Of a stretch of DNA of 64,000 bases, positions 61,045-64,000 are shown one piece after another. The DNA is from Chiloscyllium plagiosum (taxonomy: Eukaryota), in contig NC_057724.1 in assembly GCF_004010195.1 (NCBI RefSeq), positions 31,944,268-32,008,267 of the forward strand. Direction: 5' to 3'. The first letter of the stretch is position 1; every line of letters begins with the position of its first letter. The translations under genes were made by a program, and so were the position numbers. The notes beneath the pieces are model-generated. The model was not told the DNA's origin, did no database searches, and was given only the letters and a program-made list of their open reading frames with translations.

Positions 61045-63883
61045 GGATGTAAGTTTGCTCGCTGAGCTGGAAGGTTCGTTTTCAGACGTTTCATCACTAT
61101 ACTAGGTAACATCTTCAATGAGCCTCCGGTGAAGCACTGGTGTTATGTCCATGTTCTATTTGTGTGTTTAGGTTTCCTTAGGGTGTTGATGTCATTTCCT
61201 AAACTTTTTCTCAGAGGGTGTTAGATGGGGTCCAAATCGATGTGTTTGTTGATAGAGTTCTGGTTGGAATGCCATGCTGCTCGGAATTCTCACGTGTGTC
61301 TCTGTTTGGCATATATTAGGATGGATGTTTTGTTCCAGTCAAAGCGGTGTCCTTCCTCATCTGTTTGTAAGGATACTAGCGATAGTGGATCATGTCTTTT
61401 TGTGGCTAGTTGATGTTCATGTGTTCTGTTGGCTATTTTCTGCCTGTTTGTCCAATGTAGTATTTGTTTCAGTTCTTGCAAAGTATTTTGTAAACTATGT
61501 TTGTTCTGCTTGTTATCTGTATAGGGTCTTTCAAGTTCATTAGCTGCTGTTTTAATGTGTTGGCGGGTTTTTGAGCTACAATGATGCCAAGAGGTCTGAG
61601 TAGTCTGGCAGTCATTTCTGAGATGTCTTTGATGTAGGGGAGAATGGCTAACGTTTCTGGATGTGTTTTGTCTGCCTGTTTGGGGTTGTTGCTGAGAAAT
61701 CAGTGGACTGTGTTCATTCCTGATGAAGGGCTTTTGCCCGAAACGTTGATTTTACTGCTCCTCGGATGCTGCCTGAACTGCTGTGCTCTTCCAGCACCAC
61801 TCATCCAGAATCTGGTTTCCAGCATCTGCAGTCATTGTTTTTACCCTGTGTTCATTAGGTATCCATTCTTTTTGAATACACTGTATAGGTGATTTTCCTC
61901 TGCTCTGCAAAGTTCCTCTCTACTGCAGTGTGTGGTGGCTCATTGGAATAATGTTCTGATGCAGCTTCGTTTGTGGATGTTGGGATGATAACTCCCGCAG
62001 TTCAGCATTTGTTCCATATATGGTGTTTTCCTGTAGACGCTGGTTTAAAGTCCTCAATTTGGATGTTTGCTCTACTGTGACATCTAGGAATGGCAGTTTG
62101 TTGCTGTTTTCCTCCTCTTTAGTGAATTTTATGCCATTAAGGGTATTATTGATGGTCTAGAAGGTTTCCTCTAAATTGTTTCATTAGTGATGACAAAGTT
62201 TGGGTTGGATGGTTGGCATAGCTTTTTTTTTGAGTCTTTGCACTACTGCCTCTGCTAAGAACCCAGATATCGGTGATCCTATGGTGTTCTGTTGGTTTGT
62301 CTGTAGGTTTTGTTGTTGAAAGTGAAGTGGGTGGTAAGGCATAGGTCAACTAGCTTGACAATGTGTCCTTGCTGATGACATTGGTGGTGTCTGGTGTATG
62401 TGTCTTTGGTTCTTCTAATAGTGTAGTCAGTGTTTCATTTCACCAGTTTGATGTTGATGGATGTGAACAGGGCTGTTGTGTCCAAGGCGACCTTTTCATC
62501 CTCTTTTATCTTGGTGTCTTTGATCTTCAGGAATTCTTGGTTGGAGTGAATGGAGTGACATGAATCTTCTACTAAGTTTTTTAGTCTTTGGTGCAGTTCC
62601 TTGATTAATCTGTACATTGGTGTTACAGGTAGCAAGACTATAGATCTGAGGGTGACTCCTGGTTTGTGAATTTTGGGTAATCCGTAGGAGCGTGGTATGT
62701 TGGATCCGTCTGGTTTCATTTTTTGCTAGTTTGGCTTGTTTAATTCTCCAGATTTCTGGAGTTTCTTGAGTAAGGCTGTGATTCGATTCTCTAGTCATGG
62801 GGTCGGGTCTATCACCATCTGTTGGTAAGTGTCGGCATCTGCCAGCAGAGTGTTCACTTTCTCAATGTAGTCTGTTTGGTTTAAAATGATTGACTGTAAG
62901 TCATCCTTTGTCTGCAGGTAGGATAACAATGTTTTTATCTTTTTTGATTCCTTCTAGTGCTTTGTTTTCTTGGGTATCAAGTGTTTTCTTCTTTTTTCCT
63001 GCTTAATGTCGGTACAACTATCTGTCTGATGGTTTGCTGAGGTTTTTCTGTGAGTTCTTGTATTTCAGAGTTGTTTCTAATGCTGCTAAGAAATCTTTCT
63101 TGTTCACATCCCGAAGGTAATAATTTAATCCTCTTACTAAAATGGCTTTTTCAGTGTCTGTCAGGTAAGTTTTTTTAAAATCCATGCTTCTGTATTGTCT
63201 GTGTTGTTACTTTCTGTGAGTTTGTTTAATTTTTTCATTTTCTGTGTTTGCCACTGTCTTATGTCCATGGCTCGTTCTACTGTTCATTCATGGTTTGTCA
63301 CATTAGTAAGTAAAGTTTTTTGGTGCAAAATTCCCCAGTTGTATTTATGGAGTCTGTTGTGGGTATCATTAATCATTTCTCTAAGCATTCTGTGGCCATT
63401 GTGTTCTGCTATTCTTTGGCTAGTGGAGTGTTAAGGGGAGGTTTGTATTTAAGCCATTTAGGTCGTACCTGTTTCCTTAGGTATTTGTGCAGGATGTACA
63501 GCTATTTGCTGGTGGCACTCTGTCAGATGGCATTGGTTTCCCATCTTCGGGCCAGTTTTAGCATTTTAGGACAACACATTCATTCTCGGACATGCCAAAC
63601 AGAGACACGCATGAGAATTCCTAGAAGCATGACCTTCCAACCAGAACTCTATCAACCGGACCCCATCTACCACCCTCTGAGGGGGAAAAAAAAATGGGAA
63701 ATGATATCACCAACCCAAGAAAACCTAAATACATAAATAGAAAGTTGGACATATCACCAACGCTTCACCGCTTCATGTTACCCAGTATGGTAACAAAACA
63801 TCTGAAAATAAACCTTCTAGCTCAGCGAGCAAACTTACATTCAGAACAGCAATCTGAGCTACAAATCTTCTCAAAACTGACTA
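61045..63883 (-). mobile_element. Degenerate Penelope/Poseidon-like element (family P1) with an inverted copy of its 3' end at ~63580-63883
   Basis: YGLPKIHKPGVTLRSIV, DTTALFTSI, LPFLDV, YIGQTGR..HEHQLATKRHD. The left end is tail-less and the right inverted arm carries the tail. 14 bp TSD agtgaWgcactcct (61031-61044 / 63884-63897), splitting a DeuSINE. Confidence 0.92.
61719..61845 (+). mobile_element. Solo family-N pLTR (same subfamily as the 54 kb element) inserted in the P1 element
   Basis: 11 bp TSD ctgtgttcatt (61708-61718 / 61846-61856). Begins cctgatgaagggcttttgcccgaaacgttg and is near-identical to the reverse complement of 54149-54277. Confidence 0.92.
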
Positions 63884-64000
63884 AGTGATGCACTCCTTTC
63901 AGTAATGCACTAAAACACTGACCCACTTAGTATCTTAATGTTCAAGTGAAGCTTTAAGCCATAATTGTAGTATATCTGCATAAGGATATGTTAATAGTGA

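Overview
This is eukaryotic DNA, almost certainly from a cartilaginous fish: it carries HE1-type V-SINEs, DeuSINE remnants and shark-type CR1 LINEs. The only host coding sequence is the terminal exon (4992-5173, +) of a KLF3/8/12-subgroup Krueppel-like factor, most likely KLF8 with KLF12 as the alternative. It is followed by a repeat-free putative 3' UTR of about 2.2-3.4 kb. Bases 1-4991 are that gene's last intron, and the remaining ~55 kb is a repeat-rich gene desert. The desert contains CR1 LINE fragments, tRNA-SINEs, two Tigger-like MITEs, a shattered Ty3/Gypsy pol relic, probable Harbinger relics and many Penelope-like elements (PLEs). The strongest signal is in the PLEs. At least four sequence-divergent families end in a minimal hammerhead-ribozyme motif (CUGANGA-N-[stem II]-GAAACGUH) with covarying stems. 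They occur as two ~3 kb RT+GIY-YIG copies and as 90-230 bp solo or fold-back (palindromic) mini-elements. Seven of these insertions have 11-17 bp target-site duplications, and the fold-back copies share a 'one arm with tail, one arm without tail' design. One hairpin sits in the KLF intron. Also notable are a perfect 65 bp inverted templated insertion (16622/18022) and a CR1 5' UTR built from two promoter-plus-splice-donor modules, antisense to the KLF gene. Two assembly gaps lie inside the 54-57 kb PLE. All calls were made by eye; repeat boundaries without TSDs are approximate.
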